Shown piece by piece: positions 39,350 to 55,045 of a DNA stretch of 64,000 bases (its first letter is position 1; each line of letters opens with the position of its first letter). The position numbers and the translations under genes are program-made. The DNA comes from the human T2T-CHM13v2.0 reference genome, Homo sapiens, in assembly GCF_009914755.1 (NCBI RefSeq), contig NC_060935.1; one strand, given 5' to 3'. Below the pieces are notes generated by a model, which was given only the letters and a program-made list of their open reading frames with translations, made no database searches and had not been told where the DNA came from.

Positions 39350-40289
39350 TGTATTTTCCCATTTTCCGTATTCTTGATGCTCTAACATTTGGTGCTATGA
39401 TTCCCAGAGAAACTACCCCCACCGCCAGGGCTAGCTAATTCCTAGAATTAGCAAAGAACTACCCTGCAAGGGCTGCTATGAATTACAAACCAACCAATCA
39501 AACCCGCACCGGCCCCCCTCCCCTACCCCGCCAGCCCTCTCCTTTATCACACTTTCACATATCAAGCCAGTATTTCCCCTGCCCAAGTCACCCTTGGGCC
39601 AGATACCAGAAAAGTCAGAACCACCCTTATAACTTACAACCCTCTGAAATTATTCAAACAGCCTAATTTTAAACTTTAGCATATCAACCCTGCCTTGTCA
39701 TTTCTTCCTGTAAAAGCCCCAATAAAGGTTCTGGGCCATGTTCTCCCCTTTTGCTCCTTTGTCTCCTGAATGACCCTCTTCCTTCCCCTGTGACCCTTCA
39801 TGGTCACATGAAGCATGTGACCCCTAGAAGGGGTCTTCTAAATTTAAGCATTTGCTGCCTGATCCTCCTTGCTTGGGCCCTGCAGACCAACACCTTCCTT
39901 TCTACAGCTGCAAACCTTGCTGTACATATCTGGTTCTACTGTGCCCGGTGAGTGGACCCCAGTTCAGCTCTTTAACAAGAAGGCACATATGAAATCCAAT
40001 TAATCCCAGTCATGGCTACCAGCAGGTAATGCCTTAATGGATATATTATCAACTCCTATTCTACTGATTTGTGGCTTAGCATACACAGTACTACCCCCAA
40101 TTTGTCTTTAGTTCTTATATGTATGAGAAATTATATCTTCAATTAAATTGATATAATTATGTGATTATATAATTATGTGACCCCTGCTTCTAGGGGTCTG
40201 TCAGTATAAACTTCTTCCTTTATGACAATCATTTTTATGTGTGCATGTCTTACTTGCTTAAAAGAAATGCTGGGTACATTTTAATGCAG
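39350..40289 (+). mobile_element. MER74/MER73-family ERVL solo LTR interrupted by a local 317-bp insertion
   Basis: gtattcttgatgct, ccagggctagctaattcctaga, caaaccaaccaatc and caataaagg motifs. Confidence 0.75.
39844..40160 (+). repeat. Direct copy of 37238-37554 (317 bp, 8 mismatches by eye, no indels)
   Basis: Base-by-base comparison; constant offset 2606; flanked by atgtgacccct at 39815-39825 and 40175-40185. Confidence 0.97.
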
Positions 40290-43200
40290 AAATTAAAATA
40301 TGCTTGTTCATCACTGTCTCATTCAGATAACCATTGCTCCAAAAGTATTCCCTTGTTTTGAAATTCATTCTATCATCTTATAACACCTTGTCTCCAACCT
40401 AAGATAAATCCAGTAGCTGCCAATGTTGACAGCCTTGTCCTAGCTTCTTCAATAACCTATGGTTTACACACCTTGCTTACACTAATCTTCCACTATTTTC
40501 CTTGACAAATTCCATCGCCTACTTAGTATTCTTTTTAAGTCTGTTGACATTTCTTTCTAAGTTCCCATCTTAGAAACTTCATCTCTATTTTAGCTACCCA
40601 GTAGAGAGCTTCAACTCAAATCATCATGCAGTCTTATTCAGTTTTCAAGTTTTGGAATCTTAAAATCCTCTACTCTGAAAACCAGTTCTTATACTGTATC
40701 TTCTTCAAATTCTTTCTTCTAGTGAGAACTTCCTCTTATACTCTGATTACTTGTCCTTTCTCACTTTTCTTATAGTGAATATTTACCACTCTTTGGCTTT
40801 CTATTCTTCCTTATACACTTGAATTTCATGATCAGTCATGTTATTGATGTACATCTCAAAATACCATATTTATCTATCCAAAAAATCTACCAGTCTTGAT
40901 GCTTTAAAAAAGCCTCACTGCCTGCTGTTTAACCCTTAATTCTGAGCTTCCAAGTATTTTTATTGATCTAATTTGTACCAAATTAAAGAGCCGCTTCAAC
41001 TGTGCTTTACTGTAACTGAGTAATTATTTATTATTTTTTGTTAGCTCTCTTGTTTACACAGTAACTGACTCAAAACTTTTCCATACATTGCAAACTCCAA
41101 GTCAAATTTGCACCTCCTTTATCCTCAATAGTAGTCATTGTCTCATAATCTATCAAGGCAAGACTTCTAAAGCTACCATCTTCAATCTCTCTTTTTCTAG
41201 ATGATAGATAGACAGATATAAATTATAAATTCTCTTATTTTTCTTCTGATCTAGATAAAATTTTTCCCCCAGTCTCTCAAAATCCATACTCCAATTTAAT
41301 CCACTTCCCTCACCCTCCAATGAAACCAGCATACCATCTAAGACCCTTTCAGTGTCAAGTGGTTAGAAACTCAAATTAAAATTACAAGAATGTATAGATA
41401 CATTTAAGTGAAAAATCCCACAAGTAAAATTGGCTTTAGGAATGGCTAGATAAAAGGATCAAATGCTACCATGGGGACTGTGTTTTCCCCCACTTTCCTC
41501 TTGTGCATTCTGCTGCACTGACTTAATTCTCAGTTTCCAGATACAGGTAATAAGAAACTTCAGTATCACTTCAATCCATCATCAGATCTATGGGAAGAAT
41601 AAGAATCTATTCCCTTGTTGGCACAAAAAACAAAACAAAACAAAAACTCTGAAATAGTCTCTCAATATCTCTGATACAAGTCTCAGTCATATAACGTTTC
41701 TAAGTCAATCTCTCTCTCCAGTTGAAGGAAGTGCTTAAATTGATCAGATCTGAATTCAGGAAGCCTAGAATTAAGGAAGGTGAGTGAGCAAGGGAGTACG
41801 AAGTCAATTGCACCATGGTCACATAGACCAAGAAGAGAGGGTTAATATTTCAAATAGAAATTGGGTTATGAGTTTGTAAAACAATATTAAATGTCTAAAA
41901 GACAACAAATAACTACTGTAGTTGGCTCTATTTCTTTCTCTCTATATATGTCCTTATACATATATGTCTTCTTTATACGGGAACAAATTATAGAAAAAAA
42001 GTCACTAGAAGCTATTTCCCTTGGACCAACCATCATAGTATAATCTGTTCTTTTACTTTAAAGCTTTTTGAAAATCCTGTCCATGTCATCTATTCTTTTG
42101 TGTCATGATTGTATCACTAAACTATTGCATTTTTATTTCTCCTGCCTTATATTCAAACTCATATTATCAAGTGTTAATAACTGCATTATTGCCCTCTCCC
42201 ATAGGCCAATTAATGTAATGAGCTATGCAATTTTGGCTTTATCACACCTACCTCTTGAAATTCTGCCTTTTCTTAGTCACCAAGACATTGAAATACCTTT
42301 TATTTCATCAGTTCTCCTCTAAGTCTTCTCATCTCTCTTATTAACATCTTTTTTTACCTTTAACAACATTCAATGTTGATAATGATATAGGGAAAGCTTT
42401 CTTTTCTCTATTTTTTCAACTATTCTCTACAGTTTCATATCTCACTTTTTGGTTATGAATTTCCACCCACATTTTTAATTTCTCTTTTGTGTTCTCCACC
42501 TACCCCTCCAAATTTACAAATACCTTTTGACTTGATTTTCTTAATGTCTCTACCATGTCAAGCTCAATTTGTGCTATATCGATTACCTTCAAAGACAATT
42601 TTATCTATTATTAGTGGTGATACTATCATTATTATAGTTAAATTATAAATTCTTTAATCAAAGAACTCAGAACTCAATATATTCTGAAATAACAAGCGCT
42701 CAAAATATTTGCTAAATTGAATTTAATTCACTTTTAATCTTCTCATATTTATTATTTTGTCAAGTGTGGTACAGTCTTTGGCTAATGTATCATTTATATT
42801 TATTCCTATTGCTCCATTTCATAGATACATTTATATTTTCTGACCTCCTCATATCTCTATTTAATATTTTTTTTCATGGTCTCCAACTTCATTTTCCCTA
42901 CCATTTCTAATATGGATGCCACAGCCAGTTAATTTTTCAAGAAAGAAGTTATAATTATGACATATCCCCAACCAAACAACATATACAATCAAAAACCTTC
43001 AACTCTATCCACTTATCACATGAAGTCTATTCATAGCAGTCTCAGATTTCAGTCCCTAAGTGATAATTATCACTATTATCCTAACAAACCTGTACTATGT
43101 ACTATTTCTCAAACCCCATATTCTTCAATTTTTTGGATGATGTTTACTTTATTTTCTTGCTTAGATAGCTGTGAGTGAAAACTTCATCATCAGCTCAGAA

Positions 43201-44529
43201 AATTTTGTTAACACCTCTATTAGAGTACTTACCCTTTTATGCATTATATTTTAGATATTTTTGTACATGTTATCTATTCTCCTTCAATGCCATTCTTTTG
43301 AGGGCAGAACCCATTTCTGATTTATCACTGTATGCTCCATAGCATCTAACTGAAGGCCTCAAAGACACAAAAGCTTACAAATATGTGCGAAGAGGAAATT
43401 TATATTTGTGATTTCAGATATTCCCTTTTGAAAATACAGCTGCTTATTTTTTAAAAGTTATATTTTACTAAAAATATTATTAAATAATATTGTGATGAAT
43501 CCCTCATTTTTGGATTTTGTTTATTTTATTATTAAATCTAGTCATTCTCCAGTTCTTCTCCCAAGGGAAATTTTGGCACAACCTATATATATGATGGAGA
43601 TAACCTTTCACTATAATTTCCTGTAAGAACTGTCCACTTTCTCCCTAGGGAAATTTTTTTCCCCTTTAATTCAGCTGTTAAAGGGAGGAACACATGAATT
43701 CTGGATCTTAATAATGCCAGGCTAGCAGTTTAACCACAGAACCCAGAAGTCTCCAGCCTCACAATATGGTATGTAGGTGTTTTCTGGCTCCCGAAGAAAA
43801 AAGCCCAAATGGTCAAAATCAGTTATCTCAGCTTCCCTTAGTCAAGTCAGCTGCCTTCTATTCTGTTTGTTCAGCTGAGAATCATTTTCTTTTAAAATGA
43901 AACTTCAAGTAACCACAGGCTGAGGAATATTCCCCAGAGATTCCTCTGCAGAAGATTTCACACAGGGTCCAAGAGCATCCCAAAGCTAAGCTAATTCAGG
44001 GACTGCCCACAGGCTATTTTCTCACTGGCATTTTGCTAGCTGCAGTACTTAAGAGGAAGACAATGTTAGAAACCCTGGGGGTTTAATCTTGAGGCATGCT
44101 AGCTTTTCAGGGTTTTAGACTTTGAAGGAAATGAAGCAAAAACCAAAAAGGACCCTGCAAATCAAAATGGCCTGACTTTAGAGGGAAATCCCAACTGTTA
44201 GGCCAATACAGAATATCTCTAGCTGTATCCCAGAGACCACCAAAGGAAAGGTGAGGGCATAACAGCAGGAAGTCCTGGGCACAGAAACATTTAGGGATTG
44301 TGGGAGTATGTTTGGAAAAGATCTTCTCTGATGCTCCTCATTTCCAGATGAGGCAGTGACAAACATCTCTTGAAAATCAGGTTTTCAGGATGCCGATAAG
44401 GATATTGAGAGTTAAAGATATAGGTTAGATTTCAGAAACACACTGAAATTAAAAAGTAAACCAAGGCTAAGGAAGCAAGTAAAATCTCAGATACCACTTA
44501 CCGATGGTACCAAGGTTTTCCTGCTCTGG

Positions 44530-44670
44530 TAAGCTGTGAGTTATGTCCAGGCAAATTCATGCTTTATCCGTCTTTGTACCCATAGTCACTGGCACGGTGC
44601 CTGCAGCAGAGTACATATCAACAGTTTATTTTCAATTTGCAGGTGAATAAAAATGAATGAATGAATAATT
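44530..44670 (+). mobile_element. L2 3' end
   Basis: tctttgtaccc...tggcacggtgcctg...gaatgaatgaat. Confidence 0.65.
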
Positions 44671-45499
44671 TGCTCAGGGCCTGATAGAGCCTGTTACATA
44701 GCTAACAAAACAATAAGATGAGACCAGACAATGTTTTTGGTTCACCCATTTTCTGCAGGAAACCGTTAGCATAATCCTTAACATTTGCTCTGTGCTAAAG
44801 GAAGATGAAGGCGGTTTAGAAAACAAATTTAAATTAGTTGCAACATTTCTTAAAGCATATTCTCATTATTTCAGCTAATTAGTTTAAAAATTTGACAGAA
44901 AATAGAATTATTCTGCACATGTAAAGTTCCATACCCACAGGATGCTCAGGCTGTGTACTATATTATTTCTAATGTTAGAGTTGCACTGGCTACAGCCTTC
45001 TTCTGCTGTATGTGTTTATTTTTCAGTTCTATTTTCATACATACAAAAGAGTCTCATTGAGATATACAAAATATTGAAAGAATAATAAATTGTATTGACT
45101 ATATAACTACACCTCCACTTTACAAATAAAACATCAATACTCGAAGGCCCTGTGTTTATCTTTGTGATTGTCTCTGGGATGCATTCTCCTCCCTTCCCAG
45201 CAAACATAACCATTATCCTAAACATTATGATAGCTAATTTTTTGCGTTTTTCATGGTTTTAGTTAAGTGTGTCTGTGTGCGTATGTTTGTGTATATGTGC
45301 ATATAAGAAATGTATGTTTATGTATCTATGTATATATGTTTGAATTTGAACTTTATATAAACAAAATAATGTAGTAAAAACTCTGAAATTGTTTTTCACA
45401 CCCCAAAATTTTAGGAAAATTCATCCATGTTTAGTGTGTATCCACAGTTTATTAATTTTATCTGCTATATATTTTATTATGTGAATATACCACTATTCA

Positions 45500-46327
<828 letters not shown>

Positions 46328-46339
46328 CCACTATTCTCA

Positions 46340-48060
46340 ATTTTTTCTTATTAGGCATAGCATTAATTTCTGTAACTTTTTTTTTCTTAAAGATGCCTTT
46401 AAACATGTTTTTATATAAATCTTTCCTGAACCTGCCAAAAGTCTATTCCTGGGACTGGTAATTCTGCATCATCAGTGTGTGCACAGTCAACAATACCAGG
46501 GAAGCTTTCCAGAGTAGCCTATGAACATCCATGATATTCGACATTCTTGAGATTTCAAGACTTTTTTTCCTAATCCTTTTGGATGTGTAGTAAAATTTCA
46601 CTGTGGTTTTAGTTAGCAATTCCCCTATTACTAATTAGGTTGAGCATATTTACATATTTATTGGTTATCTTTCATATTCCATAAAACTCTGTTCATATCT
46701 TTGACCCATTTTTTACTGAGCTGTTCTTCTTTGATATATTTATATATATATATACACACATATATATAATTATATATACACACACATATATATAATTATA
46801 TATACATATATATACACACACACAGAGTCTTAAAATACAGCTATCTATATCTTATCTCTATATATTCTAGATATTTCTTTTTTTTCAATTAAACATATTA
46901 CAACTATCTTTTCTATAGTTTTTGGCTCCATATTCCTTTTTAATATTATCTTTTGATAAATGAAAGTTCTTAGTTTTATTGATTGATAATTTTTCAATTA
47001 TTATTTTAATAGACTCTAAGTGTGTCTTGCTGAAGAAATCCTTGTCTAACCCCTAATAAAAGAGACTATTTTCTACATTTCCTTTCTTTTAATTCAAATT
47101 TTGTCTTTGACATTTATCTTTACTCTACCTGGAATTGATTTTTTAATATAGAATAATGTAGATAGTCAGTTTTATACTTTTCCTTATAGATAATTGGATT
47201 AATTGCATCAACAATTGCTTACTCAATAGTTTCATCTTTCCCTACTGACCTTCAATGCCAATGCCATCTCTGTCTCATGTCAGTTTTCTTATATCCATGA
47301 GACAGTGTTTGGAAACTTTGTTCTCTAATTTTGGGCTAATTTGTTGTCTTTCTCCACAGCTATAAAACATAGACTCAATTAGTCTAACTTTTTAATAGGT
47401 CTGGAATTCTGTAAGGATCTCTCTCTCTCTCATACACACACATGCACGTGCGCACTCACACACACACTCATTCTCACACGTCCCATGGTGCTCTGCAATC
47501 ATGGTGTTTTTGAGGCTTGTCTTGGCTTTTTCTGGTTCTTTCCTCTTCCACATATATTTTAGAATTAATGCATCAACATCCAGAAAATACATCTGCTGGT
47601 ATTTGATTAGAAAACAATCAAAATTATGAGTCATTATCAGGATAATTTATATTTTTAAAATATTATATTTTAATTAAAAATGGTATAGGTGTCTCTAGAC
47701 TTTTTGCATACATTTAACATGTTATAAACATTTCCATAACAGCCTTGCATGCTTTCTATTATGCTTTTTCTATACATGATATGATTGTTCCTATTATAAA
47801 TAGTACCTGTCTGCAATGTATTGACTACATGATGCTATAGTATTAAAGTGCAAGCTTTGTTTGTATATTAATATTTTAAATCTAGGTATTAATTTTTTAA
47901 ATCTAGCATCCTTGTTAAATCCTACCAATGCAAATACATTTTTCCTAGGTATTCTTATTTATCACTTGTAGATACTTTCTTTCTTCTTTTCAAATCATTT
48001 TATCTTTTTATTATTTTTCTTGCTATAGTTCACTGGCTGAGATTTATAGGAATTCTTAAC
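46340..48060 (-). mobile_element. Ancient L1M (L1ME-type) host fragments (also ~45010-45490)
   Basis: ctaattaggttgagcat; tctacctggaattgatttt; ttccacatatattttagaat. Confidence 0.55.
46735..46824. repeat. Compound (TA)n/(CA)n microsatellite
   Basis: Read directly. Confidence 0.9.
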
Positions 48061-48165
48061 TGGAGCATGACAGACCCATAGCGAGTTGGTAGATAATAGA
48101 GCATTTCAATATAACTGGTTTTCTTTTTAATTTGAATTTACTTTATGTATTAGCAAACTGTTCCT

Positions 48166-48462
<297 letters not shown>

Positions 48463-51400
48463 GGATAAAGGATTTTCTGCTTTGTTTTGGATAGATTTAG
48501 GTTTCAAGTTTGTTTATTTGTACATGTTTTTACCTTCAATTCTCCTTCACCACACAAAGTTTCAAAATATAGATATTATATGTGACATTTATGTACAGTG
48601 ATTTTCCTAGTTACATAATGTACATTCAATGAACAAAGTTTATGAGTATTTAGTATATTTACTATTTTCCCAAATAACATAATAAACTGAATTAACTATG
48701 CCATTAACTTATATGCTTTCTTTGTTCAACATTTCTCTGCAACTGTTTTTTTTTTTAGTAATTCAGGCTGAATTCTTGATGACTTTTTACTTTTAGTTCA
48801 GCTTCTGGTACAGTAATTCTTAATCTATGTCTAATCTTCCTTTTAATCCTTTCATTGAGCTTTTGATTTTAATTAGAATATTTTTCACTGAAATATTGTA
48901 TTCAGATATATAATATCTAACTATAATTTTCAAATTACTCTTGTGATAGGCTTTGATATTACTCATAATTTCATTTACTTTTTATTTCTCTAAACATATA
49001 ACATATTCTCATTTTTTCATACAGTAATTCCAAAATCACACGTTTGTATTTTCACTTTAGAGTTTCTAATTTTTTTGTTTTATTATGCGTTTGTGTTGTT
49101 TTTGAGTTTAAGATTATACTCATTAAAACTTTATGGGATTTCTCTGAGGTCTTGGTTGTGGGGTATTTGACAGAGAAGATTTATTTTAGTTTCTACTAGG
49201 TACCTAGGGCCCTTATCATCCAAGTCTACTTTAAATTTCTAGTCTTTTTTCCCCTCTGGCCATGTGAGTAGTTTGAATCCATGTTCCAAAGCTTTGTTGT
49301 TTTCTTTTACATTTGTTTTAATTGTTGGAGACAGGAATATTTCCTTGCTCTTCCTCATTTCTTGCTTACTGTTTTACTAGTCCAGAATTTCACTTGGAGT
49401 TATTCCCATTCAAGTTCTTGATTTTATACAGGGGTCTCCAAACTAACTTCTCATACAGTGAATCGCATCTTTTTACAGCCGAAGTCTGAGAACACTGGAG
49501 ATTATCAGATGCCTTTAGGCAGCCATCTGCTTTGGGGCTTGCTTACTTCTCAGGTTTACACTTTTCTTATATTTTTGACACGTGATAATTTCCTTTATTG
49601 TGTTACTCACTCATCCATGCACTGTAATTGTTCATTTTAAATCATACTCAATATGTTTTGTATTAGAATTTTAACATCTTGAATATATTACTGTGACTAA
49701 GAATAGATTTGTTTTAATGTGTAAAACCGAGGTATATTTATGAATATATTTACATAGTTCATATTTGGAAGCACCTATATTATATACATATGTATTCATA
49801 TAGACTACAAAACTGTATAATAAATTAATCCAAAATTATTTGACATTTTGATAAAATACTTTTTGTAAGTTTGCTTATGTTCCTTTGTTTATGGATTTTA
49901 ATATAAAAAAAGGTCAAAACACTCACAGGAAACTTTTCAGAGGATTATCATTTTGTTATTCATTTCTTTCTTTGACAGTTTTAATGGAAATGTAATTTGT
50001 AATCTACTGTATCCATATCTAATGTGATAGGAGTGACTGGCAGAGCTAATGTAGAGCAGGTAGTGAGAGAAGGTTATTCTAATGAGTAGTTGAGCCGATA
50101 TCTTAAGGAATCATGTAGATGGAAATCTAAGGAAAACCTAAGGAAGATAGAGCAGCAAAGACCTTATGGAGAAGAGAGCTCAGGAGTTAAGAGAAATGGA
50201 GAGATTGATTTTCTGGTATACAGTGATTGAAGGAAAGAGTGGAATGTGATGATAGGTCCTCATAGGTCAGCAAGGGCCAGATTCACATAGGGCATTTAAG
50301 TCCACAGAAATGCTTTTGGATTTAATTATAATGACTGAAGAAAGTAAGTGTTGGTTGTTGAGCTCTCATAAAGCTACACTTCTTCATCCTTCTAATTTTA
50401 TGGTTTGTTTAAATTTTGATTTTGTCATTATAAAATTCACACCACATCATTTTGAATTCCATGCTAGGTAGACCTTATGGAGAAATCACCACAGTACTAT
50501 ACAAGACTGAATACTTAGAAGGGCTATGCAGCCTATGCTCCTACTTTCCTGGATGTTCTCTCTTGGACTTTACTGTAAGCCAGACCAAAGCAAAGTCAGG
50601 CAGTCAGGAAATAACTTGTGCATGCAACAGTTACAGGGAGTTTCAAGTGGACTGGAGTTGAGGATGAGACTGTTAATGATGCCAACACATAGAACTTGGC
50701 AAAACTCACAAAAAGAATATAATCCAATTGTGTCTAACATCCAATATGGACTGTGAATAGGCCAGTAATGAGACCTCTCAAGCAAAAATGGACTATGTCT
50801 AAAAACAAATAGACTGGTACATGATATTATTCTAGCAATATGCCAAAAAGCATGAATCTATTTATTTTATAGATACTTAGGTATTCACTATTACTCTAGC
50901 ACAAATATATCCTATTCCTGGCCTTAAATTGCTCTTTGTTTTGCATAAAATTGGTTTCCCAAGTTTCAAGGACAGAATTTCTTCCACTCAGGCACTCCAG
51001 TTTTTATATTCCAGTTTCTGTTCAGCCCTCCAGAAATAAGAACTGTTATTTTTCTCTGCAGTTCTGAGTTGGGTTTCTTATATGCCAGATGAAAATATTA
51101 GTGGAATTGAGAATGATGGTACTTTGAAAAAATGATAACGTGGAACTTTATCCAGTTTGAAGGAAGGAGGAGGAAAATTACATACTAATATATGCTATAC
51201 TCTTTTTGTCACAGCTGATATAGAGTGATTAAGTCTAACAGGAGACGTTCGTGTTGAAGTCTAATTTATGACAAAATTCCATCTTTCATACAGAGATAGT
51301 AAAGTTCCTGTTAGGTGTCAAAATAGAAAAGTGTTATTCAAATGAAACCTATTTGAAGGAATTATTCCAAATATACTGGCCAGATTTTTAAATCACTTTT

Positions 51401-53814
51401 AATATTTAATTTTGTTAACTATTTTCTATTTTCATGTCCTTCATCTTATTTAATTGATAATAGACGTATGGAAAGGCAAGACACTATACCACACATGAAG
51501 GAGGACAGAATCTCAGTAGAGTCATTAAGCCTGACATTTATTCAATTCTTTAATAGAATAATTTTAAAACCAAAATTGTAAATATATGAGCAAGGTCACT
51601 ATTTTAGCTAATACCTCAGGAAGTTCCATTAGCTGAAGATACACTATGATTAGTCTTACAGTGTGAAAAGGGATGTGATACTCAAAAAGTAGTATCAGAA
51701 ATTCAGGAGAAGCATTTATCATTTAAAAATATATATTCGAAATTATTGTTTTATTTTGGTTTCATGCACTATTAAGTAACATTAAACGGGGGTCAAAACT
51801 TTATGTGCATCAGTTTAAGGTTTTTATATTAATCAAAAAAGCATGGGTAAAAATAATAATTAGGAACTGCCTTTGAGTAACTTCAAAATTATAGTAATCT
51901 ATAATATATTTAAGTCATACACAAGATTCCTTGCAAAATCTGACCTCCCTAGAGAGATAAACCTAGAGAAAAGATGTATAAGGCAATGTGAGAACATCCA
52001 ATAAGTTATATACATCTGAGAGAATTAGAGCCCAATGACTCATTTTTTTCTGTCTATAGTTTCTTCAGAGTACTATTTTACTTGAGCTTTTATTCACATA
52101 TCAACAGAAATGGCAATTTGCCAGTGATCTCATTTGTTTCATGTAAATACAAATCAGGTAAACCAAACACTAGAGAAAATCCCTTGCTTTGTAAACTGTG
52201 TGCATGCACATAATGCCTTTCATTTTCATAAAAAGCAATAAACATTACTAATTAAACTCTGGTAGGGCATTATGGAATGGTGGCTCATATCTTTAAATAT
52301 GGAGATTACTCACCTAGTAAAAGAGATGAACCTACATTTTATGATTATAGAATCAGATCATTTTACGAAAGGGTCCTTATACCAGACTTACACCTTTACA
52401 TAGATTGATATTTTTAGATATATATTCTTAATTGAACTAAATATGCATCCCAGTGTCTTCATGTTAATTTTGCTTAGATTGCTGATTAAAATGCAGAGCA
52501 ATCTTAGCTTTCTGTTCTTGCCTGTGTTTTTTGTCTGTTTTTAAAAGAGATAAGAAGACCAGTTGAGGGTAAAATATGTACATTGAAAAGGGAAGAACAT
52601 ATTTCAGAAAACGTATAAACATACGATTTATCAAATATTCAGTTGGAGTGGCAATGAGGTTCTACAGCAAAATTTGGGTGTGAGGAAATAGCACTACAAT
52701 CCAAAATTCCTTCTGTAAAAGTGTATCTATAAAGATGGGAATAGACATCCATTTCTGGAAATATGGCTTCCTACATGGTCAAACCAAACTCCTTGCTGAA
52801 AATGAAAACACCAGAAAAAATAATAAAAATGTTAAAAGCCTCATAGATAGTGAAGAATTATCATATCAAATCTAAGTGAAGGTAGGACTCCAGAAAGAAA
52901 TGACAACAGTAAAACCATGTTGTTAGGTAATTTGCCAATCCTGGATAATTGAAACTCTAGTTCACCTATGTCAGAGGGCTATGGGAAGAAGAAAAAAAAA
53001 ATATAGGGCTTACTGATGCTGGGGAATCTCAGCAGGTCAACATTCTGCCCTGAATGTTGAATGAAACTGATGCCCAAAATGCATACATTTGGTGATAAAC
53101 TAGAAATAATTTATTAAAATAAAACTATAATAAATATTTCTTTGCCACTTTCCAGAGAAAGAAAAAATGTTGTAATGTCACTTGGGAACAAATGTGATTC
53201 TTCATTCCAATGAATGAAAAGAAACAGAGCTAAACAAAAAACTACCTTAAGCCTTAAATTCATTTGAATTGAATTGTTCTAATAATGTTTTCATAAGCAC
53301 TTTATAGAAACAAAGCTGACTAACTCTAGAGAAACATACTTTCATTCTTTTTGTAAATGATTCATCCATTTTGTAAATGACTATAAAAATTAATTTTCTA
53401 AAGAGTATGAGCAATCATTCTCAAAAAATTATGAAACAAAGGACTGTGAGCAAGAACCACCCAAAAAAATAAAGAGGAGAAATTAATATGCTAATATTCA
53501 GATCCAGAAGGACCAGGCACAGAATATAATGATGCTTACTGTATATTAAAAAAATTGGAAATTCTTTAAATAAATCTTACACAAAAATTATCAACAATCC
53601 ATTTAAAGTCCTAAACACAATTTTTACTAAAAAATATAATAACTGAGATTTAACTCAATACATGGATTTAACAGTGGCTTTAAAATAGTTTAGGAAAAGA
53701 GTGAGTTATTTCTTAAAAATGAAAAAGAGATAAGAATGCAACCAGAGTGGAATGCAAACAGACTAAAAGATATGAAAAGTAGAATAATTTAAGAGATATC
53801 CTGTCTAGATAAGA

Positions 53815-53820
<6 letters not shown>

Positions 53821-53852
<32 letters not shown>

Positions 53853-53859
53853 TGTGTGT
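53821..53859. repeat. (TG)n microsatellite
   Basis: Read directly. Confidence 0.95.
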
Positions 53860-54050
53860 ATAAATAATTTGGTCATGAGACATATGTGAAATAGAGAATA
53901 GAGACATGAAGTATTTGAGAACATAACATGCAGGAATTTATTACAATGGATGAAACAAGCTCACTGATAAAAGGCTAAAATCAGAGACAAAAATAAATAT
54001 ACAAATATCATCATAATAAATACTACATAATAACAAGACAAAAAAGCAAA

Positions 54051-54870
54051 GCAGATGACATTTTATATTTAGAAAACCCCATCATCTCAGCCCAAAACTC
54101 CTCAAGCTGATAAGCAACTTCAGGAAAGTCTCAGGATACTAAATCAATGTGCAAAAATCACAAGCATTCCTATACACCAAGAATTGAAAAGCAGAGAGCC
54201 AAATCATGAGTGAACTCCCATTCACAATTGCTACAAAGAGAAAAAAAATACCTAGGAATACGACTTACAAGGGATGTGAAGGACCTCTTCAAGGAGAACT
54301 ACAAAACACTGCTCAGGGAAATAAGAGAGGACACAAACAAATGGAGAAACATCCCATGCTCATGGGTAGAAAGAATCAATATCGTGAAAATGGCCATACC
54401 GCCCAAAGTAATTTATGAATTCAATGCTATTCCCATCAAGCTACCAGTGACTTTCTTTGCAGAATTAGAAAAAAAATACTTTAAATTTCATATGGAACCA
54501 AAAAAGAATCCGAATAGCCAAGAATATTCTAAGTGAAAAGAACAAAGCTGGAGGCATCTCATTACCTGACTTCGAACTATACTGCAAGGCTACAGTAACC
54601 AAAAGAGCATGGTACTGTTACCAAAACAGATATATAGTCCAAGAGAACAGAACAGAGACCTCAGAAATAACACCATACATCTACAATCATCTGATGTTTG
54701 ACAACCCTGACAAAAACAAGCAATGGGGAAAGGATTGCCTATTTAATAAATGGTGCTGGGACAACTGGCTAGACGTATGCAGAAAACAGAAACTGGACCC
54801 CTTCCTTACACCTTATACAAAAATTAACTCAAGATGGATTAAAGACTTAAATATTAGACCTCAAACCATA
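54051..54870 (+). mobile_element. Internal L1PA (approx. L1PA7-8) ORF2 fragment with no 3' end or poly(A)
   Basis: Starts at gcagatgac (RT ADD motif); ORFs [19 protein letters not shown] and [11 protein letters not shown]; ends at caaaccata. Confidence 0.88.
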
Positions 54871-54978
54871 CCAAAAGGCCAAAACAATTAAGATTTCAAA
54901 TAACAAAAGTGAATACTTTTAAAACCTGAGTGTAGGGAAAGATTTTTTAATTGTAACTGTAATTTTTTCAGGCTTTTT

Positions 54979-54982
<4 letters not shown>

Positions 54983-55014
<32 letters not shown>
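54983..55014. repeat. (TG)n microsatellite
   Basis: Read directly. Confidence 0.95.
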
Positions 55015-55016
<2 letters not shown>

Positions 55017-55045
55017 GTGTGATGTAGTTTTTTTGTTTCTCTTCC

